Assembly: GCA_048498515.1 (NCBI GenBank)
Contig: JBEHXV010000020.1
Location: forward strand, 5,474 to 69,473
Reading direction: 5' to 3'
DNA: 64,000 nucleotides
Source of the DNA: Bacteroidota bacterium
GTDB lineage: Bacteria > Bacteroidota > Bacteroidia > B-17B0 > Aurantibacillaceae
Shown: positions 20,207 through 29,221 of the stretch, piece after piece
Layout of the letters: every line of letters starts with the position of its first letter
How positions within the stretch are numbered: the first letter of the stretch is position 1
Position numbers and translations under genes: made by a program
The notes under the pieces: generated by a model
Told to the model about the DNA's origin: nothing
What the model saw: the letters and a program-made list of their open reading frames with translations, nothing else
Database searches by the model: none

Positions 20207-21031
20207 TTATTTTCTTGCTTCCATAAATAAGGAATCAGGCTTACGCACCAGGTTATTTTTGCCATCCAGTTCAAAACTGTTCCAATTGGGAATGCTACTT
20301 GTAAATGCCGTCACAACCTGCACATCTTTAAAGCCACAATTCTGTAACAGTAGTTTTAAAGAATAACGGTCATACATCCACTGGTGAATCTCGCCTTCGC
20401 TCCTGAACTGGGCAATTTTCAATTTCTTATAATCGTCTTCCAGCAACATACGCTTCAGTTTTTCTTTGATCCTGTTCTTTAAATTGTATGTAAACGCCCG
20501 TTTAGGCTGTGGCTGAGGAACTGTTGGTTCGCTTTTAATCCTTAAATTATCGATCAATAATTGTACTTCATGACCGTTTCTTTCCAGCAAAAAATCATCC
20601 ACCTGTTTGCTTTCGTCTTGTATAAAGCCAATCATTTCTCCACCCGATTCGGTCCTTACTACCTGGTCATACATTTCAAGCAATGACCATTCGTACTTTT
20701 CGGCCGCTTTGGGAACATTGTTCAGGCTTTCTTCCAGGTATTTTAAATAGTTTTTGGCAATACGTTCCAAATCGGGAATTGCCACGCGAATAATGCCGTC
20801 TTTCTTTAAAACCCGGTAACATTCCTTAATAAAATGAACGGCTCTGTCTTTTGGAAAATGTTCCAGCACGTGAGAATGGTAAACCACATCAAAGCGGTTA
20901 TCCTCAAAGGGAACACCGCTTAAAAGATTATGCGCCATAACACCTTCGCCGGTTGATACAAAATCAACATTCGTCCAATCTTTATGAAAAGTGGCTCCGC
21001 AGCCAAGGTTAAGATAATTTACGTTGCTCAT
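20207..21031 (-). CDS. class I SAM-dependent methyltransferase
   Basis: Motif I 'LNLGCG' and post-I/II elements ('FDVVYHSHVLEH', 'LKKDGIIRVAIPD'). Confidence 0.8.
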   Translation of the reverse strand: MSNVNYLNLGCGATFHKDWTNVDFVSTGEGVMAHNLLSGVPFEDNRFDVVYHSHVLEHFPKDRAVHFIKECYRVLKKDGIIRVAIPDLERIAKNYLKYLEESLNNVPKAAEKYEWSLLEMYDQVVRTESGGEMIGFIQDESKQVDDFLLERNGHEVQLLIDNLRIKSEPTVPQPQPKRAFTYNLKNRIKEKLKRMLLEDDYKKLKIAQFRSEGEIHQWMYDRYSLKLLLQNCGFKDVQVVTAFTSSIPNWNSFELDGKNNLVRKPDSLFMEARK

Positions 21032-21046
21032 ACTATTATTTTTTTA

Positions 21047-22018
21047 TTACCAATAACATCCATCCTCAACTTTTGAGTGATTGGCTGGTATCTCACTTTG
21101 TGCTGGTCTTACCCAATATTCATTCATTAATTTGGAAATATAGTCATGTTCCTCCCATCGCTTACCCTTTATACCAAATAAGATCTGGGTAGAGCCTCCT
21201 AAATGAACCGCCTTTTTTCCAAGGCGCTTAACATGGGCTGCCAGCGGGAATCCATAGGCACCGCAGCCAATGATGGCCACATCAAAATTGGTTTGAGAGA
21301 TCTGCCGGCACATATTTTCATAGGCCTCAAACCAGTTGTTGTAACCGGTTTGGTTATTGGCAATGGATTGCACTGCTTTTATAGTTTTTAATTCAAATTC
21401 AGGAAGGATATGCTCGTTAGCAAAAATATGCTTCCGCCTGGCATATTGCTTTATGATACTTTCCGTATAAGGATGGATAACCAATACGGTTTTTCCTTTT
21501 AATGCTTCTGTCCAGGGATGTTGATGATAATAGGGCTCAAGGTCGGGCAATCTTACTTTTACGGCTTTTTCAAGGTAGGCATCCAGTAGTGTTTCTTCTT
21601 TTAGCCATGAGCCTAATACGTCAACATATTTCAGATCATCCAGCATCAGTTCGCTGAATTTCTCGAGCAATGAGACCGATGGAGGAAAAAAACCGGCATT
21701 ATTGCACATCGACCTTATGGTTTCTTCTTCCCACCAAAAAGCAGTTGATCGTCCTTTAATATAATTGACGGATTTAGCAATGAGCGATTTATGCTGATGC
21801 ATGAAATAATAATTCAATACACAATTCAATTCTACCGAACCAAAACGGCAGATCATGACAGGGTCATTGCTATTAAGCTTATCTTTTATAAGATCGGATG
21901 CTGCCTGATGGCTTAACATGGCATGATCGTAAGTAGTTCCAAAAAAAACGGAAGACGGATGCTTAACCTGGTATTTTCTTTTCAGGTAATTTAATATTCT
22001 TATATAAGAAGCATTCAT
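21047..22018 (-). CDS. hypothetical protein (possible non-classical glycosyltransferase)
   Basis: 323-aa ORF embedded in the glycan operon. 'ICRFGSVE' is reminiscent of the GT-D/DUF1792 'RxGDGE' motif, but the match is loose. Confidence 0.35.
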   Translation of the reverse strand: MNASYIRILNYLKRKYQVKHPSSVFFGTTYDHAMLSHQAASDLIKDKLNSNDPVMICRFGSVELNCVLNYYFMHQHKSLIAKSVNYIKGRSTAFWWEEETIRSMCNNAGFFPPSVSLLEKFSELMLDDLKYVDVLGSWLKEETLLDAYLEKAVKVRLPDLEPYYHQHPWTEALKGKTVLVIHPYTESIIKQYARRKHIFANEHILPEFELKTIKAVQSIANNQTGYNNWFEAYENMCRQISQTNFDVAIIGCGAYGFPLAAHVKRLGKKAVHLGGSTQILFGIKGKRWEEHDYISKLMNEYWVRPAQSEIPANHSKVEDGCYW

Positions 22019-22019
22019 C

Positions 22020-22937
22020 TTATCTTAATATTCTTTTTATACAATTGATAAACCTCCTGGAAAAAGGCAGGGGTGGTGTTTTATAAATATCAGTAAAATA
22101 ATCGGCTATTATTTTTTTTGCTTTGGTATCTTCAATGACCTCTATTTTTTTAAGCGGTATTTCCTTTCCATAAAATACCACATCAAAGTTGGTACTTATA
22201 GCGCTGTGTATGCCCGACCCATCCACACCAATATTTTGTATCAATGACTTTCCGGGATACAGGATATGCTTATTTTTTAAATAGGTAGAAGCATACCAGA
22301 GTATGGCCCACGAATTATTTTTTTTATCGATCTGGTCCTGCAGCATTTCCATATAGGGATAGGAATTGTAAATGCTAAAGTCGTAACCGAGGTTTTTATC
22401 TTTTAATTCCTGTAGTAAGGCTTTTCCATCCGAATCAAACAGGTCCCATCCCCTTTTCCATGTTGCCCAGCCCCAGCAATCGGCCCCTTTCAAAAAAAAG
22501 GTTTCGGGCAAGGGTTCTTTTACCGGGTAAATGTAACCCGAAATACAGGCCACATCAACATCATGCTCATACATGTTTAAACTATCGTTCATGAACTTCA
22601 GAAACCACACATCGGGTAAAAGGTCATCTTCGAGCACAATTACTTTACCATATTTTTCTACAGTATGGGTTACCCCTTCTGTTACCGAGCGTGCCAAACC
22701 TTTATTTACGCCCGATTCAATAATTTCAACGTCCTTGCACCAGGCTTCTTCCCGAATCACTTCTCTGACCTTGGCGATCTTTTGCTTTTGCTCTTCACTG
22801 GCATCAGGTTTAGGCCCGTCGACATAAATAATCAATTTTGACTGGTCGGCCAAATGGTTTTGTTTTAATGCCGACAAGGTTTTACGCGTATGCTCAGGCC
22901 TGTTGTATGCAAATATGATAATGGGCGAAAGTGACAT
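22020..22937 (-). CDS. GT-A-type glycosyltransferase (GNT-I-like/GT2-like)
   Basis: 'PIIIFAYNRPEHT.KTL.AL' N-terminus and an 'EDD' motif ('VIVLEDDLL'). Confidence 0.6.
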   Translation of the reverse strand: MSLSPIIIFAYNRPEHTRKTLSALKQNHLADQSKLIIYVDGPKPDASEEQKQKIAKVREVIREEAWCKDVEIIESGVNKGLARSVTEGVTHTVEKYGKVIVLEDDLLPDVWFLKFMNDSLNMYEHDVDVACISGYIYPVKEPLPETFFLKGADCWGWATWKRGWDLFDSDGKALLQELKDKNLGYDFSIYNSYPYMEMLQDQIDKKNNSWAILWYASTYLKNKHILYPGKSLIQNIGVDGSGIHSAISTNFDVVFYGKEIPLKKIEVIEDTKAKKIIADYFTDIYKTPPLPFSRRFINCIKRILR

Positions 22938-22952
22938 CTTACAAAATCTGTC

Positions 22953-23675
22953 TTAAACGTTGCTAGTATTCTTAGGTTTAACCTGTGAGGGATTACCATA
23001 AGCTATATGATGGGCAGGTACATCTTTGGTTACAACGCAACAGGTCGATACGGTGGTATTATTCCCAATAGTACATCCTTTTAAAACAACCGCGCGTTTT
23101 CCGAGCCAGCAATCGCTTCCTATGGAAACAGGTTTTGTGACCGGTTTTTCATACTCCATGCCTATATCCGGAAAATCCCTCACGGTCATTTCCCTTCGTT
23201 TTTCGGGCGGATAGGAAACATGTGTATTGGTATCGTAGATCATGCATTCATAAGAGATCATGTTAAAATCGCCTATGGTGATGCTTTCATCACAACGCAC
23301 CTCGGTTTGTTCGTTTAAGCAATTGTAATTCCCTATGTTGCATTGTCCGCCATACCTGACACTAAAGTCTGCCCTGATGACATTATGGTTCCCAATGTTT
23401 AAAGAACCTTTGGAAATATGCAATACCGGTACCATGCTGTTGTTTGCCTGATGGAGCATGGAGCCATCGCCAATAATGAGTTCTCCCTCAATTACAGAGA
23501 TGCGGTAATTGAGTATTTTAACCCCTTTGCCTAAAACCACTTTGGCTTTTGGCCCAACCCTGATATGTACATTTTCTAAAACACAATCGTCAGCCTTTTC
23601 AAAAATGCCATCAACATCAATGTTTGAGGGACCTGAAAATAACCGCCTGAGCCTGCTTTTTATAGTGTATAACAT
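22953..23675 (-). CDS. hexapeptide-repeat (LbH) acyl/acetyltransferase
   Basis: Repeated [LIV]-G-x4 hexapeptide turns through the central region and the C-terminus ('IGSDCWLGKRAVVLKGCTIGNNTTVS'). Confidence 0.75.
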   Translation of the reverse strand: MLYTIKSRLRRLFSGPSNIDVDGIFEKADDCVLENVHIRVGPKAKVVLGKGVKILNYRISVIEGELIIGDGSMLHQANNSMVPVLHISKGSLNIGNHNVIRADFSVRYGGQCNIGNYNCLNEQTEVRCDESITIGDFNMISYECMIYDTNTHVSYPPEKRREMTVRDFPDIGMEYEKPVTKPVSIGSDCWLGKRAVVLKGCTIGNNTTVSTCCVVTKDVPAHHIAYGNPSQVKPKNTSNV

Positions 23676-23684
23676 ATACTAAAG

Positions 23685-24590
23685 TTAATATTCAAAAATC
23701 TTATATCCTAATCGCCTGAAAACCCTGAGTAAGGTATAATTCCTCATCAAAAACAGATCGAGAGCTACCTTTCTTTTTAATTGATTTAAGTTATACCCAG
23801 TATAATACCTGTAAATGTATTTTTTAGCCGGTCCCTGGAAATGGAGGTTGTTGAATTTTATATTTTCATGGGTTGCCAAAAACTTCCCATAAGGAAAATT
23901 GTTATTCATGATGATCTTTTTTCCAATGCCTCCCATCTCAAAACCATCCGAACAGTTAAAGTTGTCATCAAACACCTCACCATGTTCAATATTACTTAAA
24001 TCCTTTGCAGCATTCGGGTAATCAACCTGGTATTCAAGGAATGCTGTCATATCGCAAACACCACCGTTAAGTTTTTTTTCGAGATGCGTTTTATGTTTTT
24101 CCTCAAAACGGCACTTATATGCCGGATCATTGTACATCTTTATCATAAAATCACAAAAATCATCCAGGTAATGCAACGCCGAAAAATAACAGCACTGAGG
24201 TCCTTGCCTGTTGGTAATGGTGAATCTGTATTGATTGTATTTATTAAAAGTAGCTTCTATATCACAGTAAAGCATCACATCCGAATCGAGGTACAGAAAA
24301 TTTTTGAGCTGTTGTTGCGCGCAAAATTCTTTTAAGATAAACCACCTTTGAAAACAAAACAATTCGCCCTGGTAAGGGTTGGTTGACATGTGCTTATAAA
24401 CGCTTTTAAACTTATCTGCCTCGGTTGTTAATGCCTTAATATCAATGTATTTCACAAAATCATATTTGTGGCTAAGGCAATCTGTTATCAGGTAGATTTG
24501 ATTGCGGGGATTTGATACATGTGCCTGGTTGAGGGAAAAATCTAAATAATAAGGATCGCCGGTATGTATAAAAATAACAGGAATATTCAT
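23685..24590 (-). CDS. hypothetical protein (glycan-locus associated)
   Basis: 301-aa ORF abutting wzt with no gap. No family recognised. Confidence 0.4.
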   Translation of the reverse strand: MNIPVIFIHTGDPYYLDFSLNQAHVSNPRNQIYLITDCLSHKYDFVKYIDIKALTTEADKFKSVYKHMSTNPYQGELFCFQRWFILKEFCAQQQLKNFLYLDSDVMLYCDIEATFNKYNQYRFTITNRQGPQCCYFSALHYLDDFCDFMIKMYNDPAYKCRFEEKHKTHLEKKLNGGVCDMTAFLEYQVDYPNAAKDLSNIEHGEVFDDNFNCSDGFEMGGIGKKIIMNNNFPYGKFLATHENIKFNNLHFQGPAKKYIYRYYTGYNLNQLKRKVALDLFLMRNYTLLRVFRRLGYKIFEY

Positions 24591-25844
24591 TTACATACTA
24601 AAACTATGATTGATATAAAAATTCCCCTGGCTTTCTTCAGGAAGTTTTCCTGTTTTAAAAAAATCGCCTGCTTCAACCGGAAGTACTGTAGCTTCCTGGA
24701 TCCAATCGGCCACTTCGCCATTTACAGAAGCAAAAATGGCAATGGTATAGGTCCCGCCTTTTAAGGGCACAACCGGAATATGAATATTCACCACAAAGGT
24801 GCCGGCATTAAATTTTTCAAATACCTGGTTGGTGTTATTATTGTTCAATTGCGTAATTCGCTGGCCATTCTCATCATCAATACCAACTGAAACGTTGAGA
24901 TAAGACAGGTCGAACTTGGGATCGGCCAGCATTGTAAACACAATATTTAACGCGGAGCCACATTGCGCATTATTAATCACATTACCTACAGCATCTTTAT
25001 AAACAATGGATTGAAAACGCACAGCGCCGTTCCCCATCCTGTCGGTCCTGTCGGCCAGCACAATAGTGCTCGATGCCTGTGAGGACATGAGGTATTTGGG
25101 AATGACCAGCTCAGTGGCATTATAATCGATCAATTGCCCGTTTTTCATATATATGCACTTATCGCAGATGTTTTGTATGGCTGCCATGTTATGGCTCACA
25201 AATAAAATGGTGCGTCCTTCATTGGTACTCACATCCTTCATTTTACCAATGCATTTTTTTTGAAACGCGATATCGCCCACAGCCAATACCTCATCCACAA
25301 TCAAGATCTCCGGTTCCAGGTGCGCCGCTACCGCAAAGGCAAGGCGGACGTACATACCGCTGCTATAACGCTTAACAGGTGTATCCAAAAAACGCTCTAC
25401 TTCGGCAAAGGCTACAATTTCATCAAACTTCCGGTTAATCTCCTGCTTGGTCATGCCAAGTATGGAGCCATTGAGGTAAATGTTTTCCCGACCCGAAAGA
25501 TCACCATGGAAACCGGTACCAACTTCCAGTAAAGAGGCAACTCTCCCTGTAACCTCTATACGTCCTGTGGTTGGTGGTGTTATGCGCGATAATATTTTCA
25601 GCAGGGTCGATTTTCCTGCACCGTTTCTCCCAATAATACCTACCCTATCGCCTGCCTGAATTTCAAAAGATACATCCTTTAAGGCCCAAAATTCCTCCGT
25701 TTCTTTTTTCCTGGCAATGTTCTTTACATTTTTTAGTCCGCTCAAAAAACTTCCGTAAAGCGTATCGCTCTTTTCCACGGCATTTTTATTAAGCATATAC
25801 TGTTTGCTTAAGCCTTCAACTTTTATGATGGAATTGCCACTCAC
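24591..25844 (-). CDS. wzt: polysaccharide/O-antigen ABC exporter ATP-binding protein with a C-terminal Wzt_C-like domain
   Basis: Walker A 'GRNGAGKST', signature 'YSSGM' and Walker B 'ILIVDE', plus a beta-rich C-terminal extension of about 170 aa beyond the NBD. Confidence 0.9.
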   Translation of the reverse strand: MSGNSIIKVEGLSKQYMLNKNAVEKSDTLYGSFLSGLKNVKNIARKKETEEFWALKDVSFEIQAGDRVGIIGRNGAGKSTLLKILSRITPPTTGRIEVTGRVASLLEVGTGFHGDLSGRENIYLNGSILGMTKQEINRKFDEIVAFAEVERFLDTPVKRYSSGMYVRLAFAVAAHLEPEILIVDEVLAVGDIAFQKKCIGKMKDVSTNEGRTILFVSHNMAAIQNICDKCIYMKNGQLIDYNATELVIPKYLMSSQASSTIVLADRTDRMGNGAVRFQSIVYKDAVGNVINNAQCGSALNIVFTMLADPKFDLSYLNVSVGIDDENGQRITQLNNNNTNQVFEKFNAGTFVVNIHIPVVPLKGGTYTIAIFASVNGEVADWIQEATVLPVEAGDFFKTGKLPEESQGNFYINHSFSM

Positions 25845-26872
25845 TAGATATAATCAACAAAATTACGTTCGAACTTATAAAAATACCTGAAACCAATGAA
25901 CAGGAATAAAAATGATACCGCTACCGACAGGATAAAATAATTCATATCGTAAATAGCATCTCCGCCAAACAGGCAATACTTAAACCCATCAATAGCGCCT
26001 ACCATTGGGTTAAGGCAATAAAGGCATTTCATCCATTCGTAAGGCAATTTATTAAGGTATTTTTCTGTAGAAACAATAACGGGAGTTACATACATGCCAA
26101 ACTGCAGGATAACCGGTACAATAAATTTAACGTCACGGTATTTAACATTAATGGTGGCAAAATACAGGCCTATTCCAAAACCATTGATAAGCGTTAGTAT
26201 AACAAACAAAGGGGCTAAGATAATTTGCCAATGAATTGTTTTTCCGGCAAGGATAAATAATACAATAAGAATGACGAGCGAGATCAAAAAATCGATTAGG
26301 CAAACCAATAACGTACTGATGGGAATAATGATCTTTGGAAAATAAACCTTGGAAAACAAATTGGAATTACCGACAATTGAGTTACTCACATCATTGAACA
26401 CATTTGAGAACAATTGCCATAAAACCATGGCGGCCGCAACATATACAAAACTATCAAGCGTGCCACCTCCGGTTATCTTGCTCGAAATATAGCCAAATAC
26501 GAGTATACTCATGAGAGGCTTAATGAGCGCCCACATAATACCGGCAAATGCCTGCTTGTACCTAACCAGGAAATCCCGTTTTGCAAGGTTATTCAGCAGG
26601 CTTTTATACCTTAAGATATCCCTGAGCGAAAAAAAGGAACTTAAATTAGAGTCGATGACTATTTTCTCTTTATTCAATGGATCACAAAGATATAAAATCC
26701 CGCGGGATAGCTTATCAATCCAACTGAAAGATATTGACTTTATACCCTTAATAATTACCTGGTTTTTAAATAATTTAAGTATTTTAGTTCTACTGTAATT
26801 TATTAACCCTAAAACCTTTATTATGGATTTAAAAGTAGCCCTTAATAACATCTGTGAACGATGGAAATACAA
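25844..26872 (-). CDS. wzm: ABC-2 type polysaccharide exporter permease; start uncertain
   Basis: 'L..YK.LL..L..RDF..RYKQ...G..W....P' Wzm N-terminal block and about 6 TM segments. The 342-aa ORF is about 60 aa longer than typical, and an in-frame TTG at 26677 would give 277 aa. Confidence 0.8.
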   Translation of the reverse strand: MYFHRSQMLLRATFKSIIKVLGLINYSRTKILKLFKNQVIIKGIKSISFSWIDKLSRGILYLCDPLNKEKIVIDSNLSSFFSLRDILRYKSLLNNLAKRDFLVRYKQAFAGIMWALIKPLMSILVFGYISSKITGGGTLDSFVYVAAAMVLWQLFSNVFNDVSNSIVGNSNLFSKVYFPKIIIPISTLLVCLIDFLISLVILIVLFILAGKTIHWQIILAPLFVILTLINGFGIGLYFATINVKYRDVKFIVPVILQFGMYVTPVIVSTEKYLNKLPYEWMKCLYCLNPMVGAIDGFKYCLFGGDAIYDMNYFILSVAVSFLFLFIGFRYFYKFERNFVDYI

Positions 26873-27260
26873 GATGGATGAAGTATCGCCAGGCGTTTTC
26901 AGGATCGATGTTTCTGTACCTTATAAAGATAATACAGTAAGGTACCAGTATGTATATGCCTGGATCATTAAAGAACGCTATTATGGGAAAGATGTCGTGT
27001 ATATGAACAGCCGCTGCGGTGAGTTTAACCTGCATTTAAACCTATACCAAATCCTGAAAGAAAGCGGTTATGGTAATTATTGTTCAGTAACCGTAACCAC
27101 CGATAAACGTCCGGATGGTTCGCCATGCGAAACAGTGGTGGTACAGGCTGTGCAACCCATTGAATTTACCAGCGAAACTATTTTGAACCAGGTAATTTAT
27201 GATGTAGCTGTAAATGCCGATTTTATTGAAAAAACCTATTTTGGCGGCGACAACAACTAA
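26823..27260 (+). CDS. hypothetical protein (start possibly at ATG 26874)
   Basis: 145-aa ORF divergent from wzm and followed by a strong terminator. No family recognised. Confidence 0.45.
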   Translation: MDLKVALNNICERWKYKMDEVSPGVFRIDVSVPYKDNTVRYQYVYAWIIKERYYGKDVVYMNSRCGEFNLHLNLYQILKESGYGNYCSVTVTTDKRPDGSPCETVVVQAVQPIEFTSETILNQVIYDVAVNADFIEKTYFGGDNN

Positions 27261-27332
27261 AGCTCAGCTTTCAACCAAAGATCACAAATCATTGCTTTTC
27301 AGTAAATTATCGTCCAAAAACACCTAGTATAC

Positions 27333-27369
27333 AAAAAAGGACAAAGCCTCCCAGGCTTGTCCTTTTTTT
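27333..27369. terminator. bidirectional rho-independent terminator
   Basis: AAAAAAGGACAAAGCC-tccca-GGCTTGTCCTTTTTTT: a GC-containing stem flanked by an A-run and a T-run, between convergent genes. Confidence 0.75.
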
Positions 27370-27401
27370 AATTTTATTACATACAGATCTTAACATACGT
27401 A

Positions 27402-28256
27402 CTAATGTTTATCGACAATTAATTTCATTAATTCATCCAGTTTTGGAGAAAGAACCACTTCTGTTCTCCTGTTTTTGGCTTTTCCTTCGGTAGTACTGTT
27501 ATCTGCTACAGGAAAGTATTCGCCCTTGCCGGAAGCCGTTAACCGACGGGCATCCATGCCGTATTCAACCGATAAAAGTCTCACAACATTAGTAGCCCTG
27601 GCCGCGCTTAAATCCCAGTTATCCTTATACAAGGCTGTTTTAATAGGTACATTATCAGTATGGCCTTCAATGGCAATGCTTACATCGGTGTTTTTATTCA
27701 ACACCTCGGCCAGTTTTTTCAACGCTTCTTTCCCTTTAACCTCTACATTGGCATCCCCCGATTTAAATAATAGCTTGTCTGACATGGAAACGTAGACTTT
27801 TCCATTCTTCATTTCCACGGTCAATTCATCGGGGCTAAAGCCCAATAGAGCGTTTTTTACAGAAGTGTTCAATAAATTAAGCACAGAATCCTGTCTTCTT
27901 AAAATGGACTCCAGTTCCCTTAACCTGGCTTCTCTTTGCTGTAATTTGGCCTGGTTACTTCCCAAATCGGCACTTAATTTATTAAGTTGCGAGCCGGCAT
28001 TTTGTTGCAGGTTATTATACTCTGTCATCAGGTCATCATAGCTTTTTGTTAATCCGGTTATCTTATCGGCCTGCGTCTTGGTTAAATTACAAAGCGAATC
28101 ACGCTCATGCAGGGCTTTTGTATATCGTTTTGAACTATAGCTTTTTTTAGCACCAGGTTCGCCGCAGTTTTTATGGGCGGCACATGAACTGATGAAAACC
28201 ATAACTGCGCCGGCTATAAAAGCAAGCTTTAAAATATGTTTGAAGAAGTATAACAT
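27402..28256 (-). CDS. OmpA-family lipoprotein with coiled-coil linker
   Basis: Lipobox-like 'VFISSC' after the M at 28256. C-terminal OmpA domain 'GHTD..P......NW.LS..RA..V...L' and 'NRRTEVV'. Confidence 0.8.
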   Translation of the reverse strand: MLYFFKHILKLAFIAGAVMVFISSCAAHKNCGEPGAKKSYSSKRYTKALHERDSLCNLTKTQADKITGLTKSYDDLMTEYNNLQQNAGSQLNKLSADLGSNQAKLQQREARLRELESILRRQDSVLNLLNTSVKNALLGFSPDELTVEMKNGKVYVSMSDKLLFKSGDANVEVKGKEALKKLAEVLNKNTDVSIAIEGHTDNVPIKTALYKDNWDLSAARATNVVRLLSVEYGMDARRLTASGKGEYFPVADNSTTEGKAKNRRTEVVLSPKLDELMKLIVDKH

Positions 28257-28528
28257 GATGATAGGATTTAATATTTGCCAAAATGCTAGCAAACTATATG
28301 CAACCTGGAACGGGACAACGATCCGTTAGTTAACAAACCCAACTATATGGCAGGCGTCGCAAAGCTGGCCGAATAATCAGCGGCTTGAACTTAAATGAAT
28401 AAAATCCCGATCTGAGGAAACAAGTCCACATAATTTGCTTTTAGGTTTATGCTTATGTTAATCACGCGCTTTAAAGAAAGCCTTGGTACGTTATTTTAAG
28501 ACATTGGTTATAATCAACATGTACCTTT

Positions 28529-29134
28529 ATGAAAATACTTACTCTAACAGCAGCATTACTTATAACCGTAATTGCTAATGCTCAAACCAACAACGATAAA
28601 ATTCCTGCCGAACCTATCAAGCAATCCATTTTTTCCATTGGCTTAAAAGGCAGTTTTGGTCACTCCTACATCATGCCTTATAAAGATTACACCTTTAATT
28701 CATCATGGAATGCCGGTATAGCAGCTACCTATGCGCCATGGGCTCATTGGGGCCTTGGCCTTGACGCCATTTATTCATCTGAAGGGGCTTCGTTTAATTA
28801 CATGGATGATGTTTTAACCACAAAACTGGACTATGTGCGTGTACCGGTAAAAGCCATTTACTTTTTCAGGACCTATGAAAAGGATTTTAGGCCAAAAGTT
28901 ACCCTTGGGCCAAGTGTTGGTTTTTTAGTTAACCAAACTAACACTGCCAATGCCAATTTTATTGACCTGGGAGCAAATGTTACCGCAGGCTTTAATTACC
29001 GTTTACTGCGAGCGGTTTGGCTAAACGCTGACCTCTCCTACTACCAGGGATTTTTAGATGCCTATTCCGGCAATAATGAAACCGATTTGAATGGGAATGT
29101 ACGTCTTGACCTTGGAATTTGTGTAGGTTTTTAA
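28529..29134 (+). CDS. outer-membrane beta-barrel (porin-family/OmpW-like) protein
   Basis: Signal peptide 'ALLITVIANAQ', alternating aromatic/aliphatic beta-strands, and a C-terminal 'GICVGF'. Confidence 0.65.
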   Translation: MKILTLTAALLITVIANAQTNNDKIPAEPIKQSIFSIGLKGSFGHSYIMPYKDYTFNSSWNAGIAATYAPWAHWGLGLDAIYSSEGASFNYMDDVLTTKLDYVRVPVKAIYFFRTYEKDFRPKVTLGPSVGFLVNQTNTANANFIDLGANVTAGFNYRLLRAVWLNADLSYYQGFLDAYSGNNETDLNGNVRLDLGICVGF

Positions 29135-29157
29135 TAGTAAAAGTCATTGTTTAAAAA

Positions 29158-29180
29158 GGCGGGCTTCCCGCCTTTGTTTT
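29158..29180 (+). terminator. rho-independent terminator
   Basis: GGCGGG-ctt-CCCGCC followed by TTTGTTTT. Confidence 0.7.
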
Positions 29181-29221
29181 ATATAGCAGGCTTTGCGTAT
29201 CTTTAAGCCAAAACAGTTACA

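Noticed and set aside
4215-26872. The glycan locus might be a recently acquired genomic island.
   Set aside because: I saw no obvious compositional break by eye and no flanking tRNA, integrase or IS element. Only the small direct repeats at 4142-4208 hint at a boundary. Testing this needs GC and codon statistics and comparative genomics.
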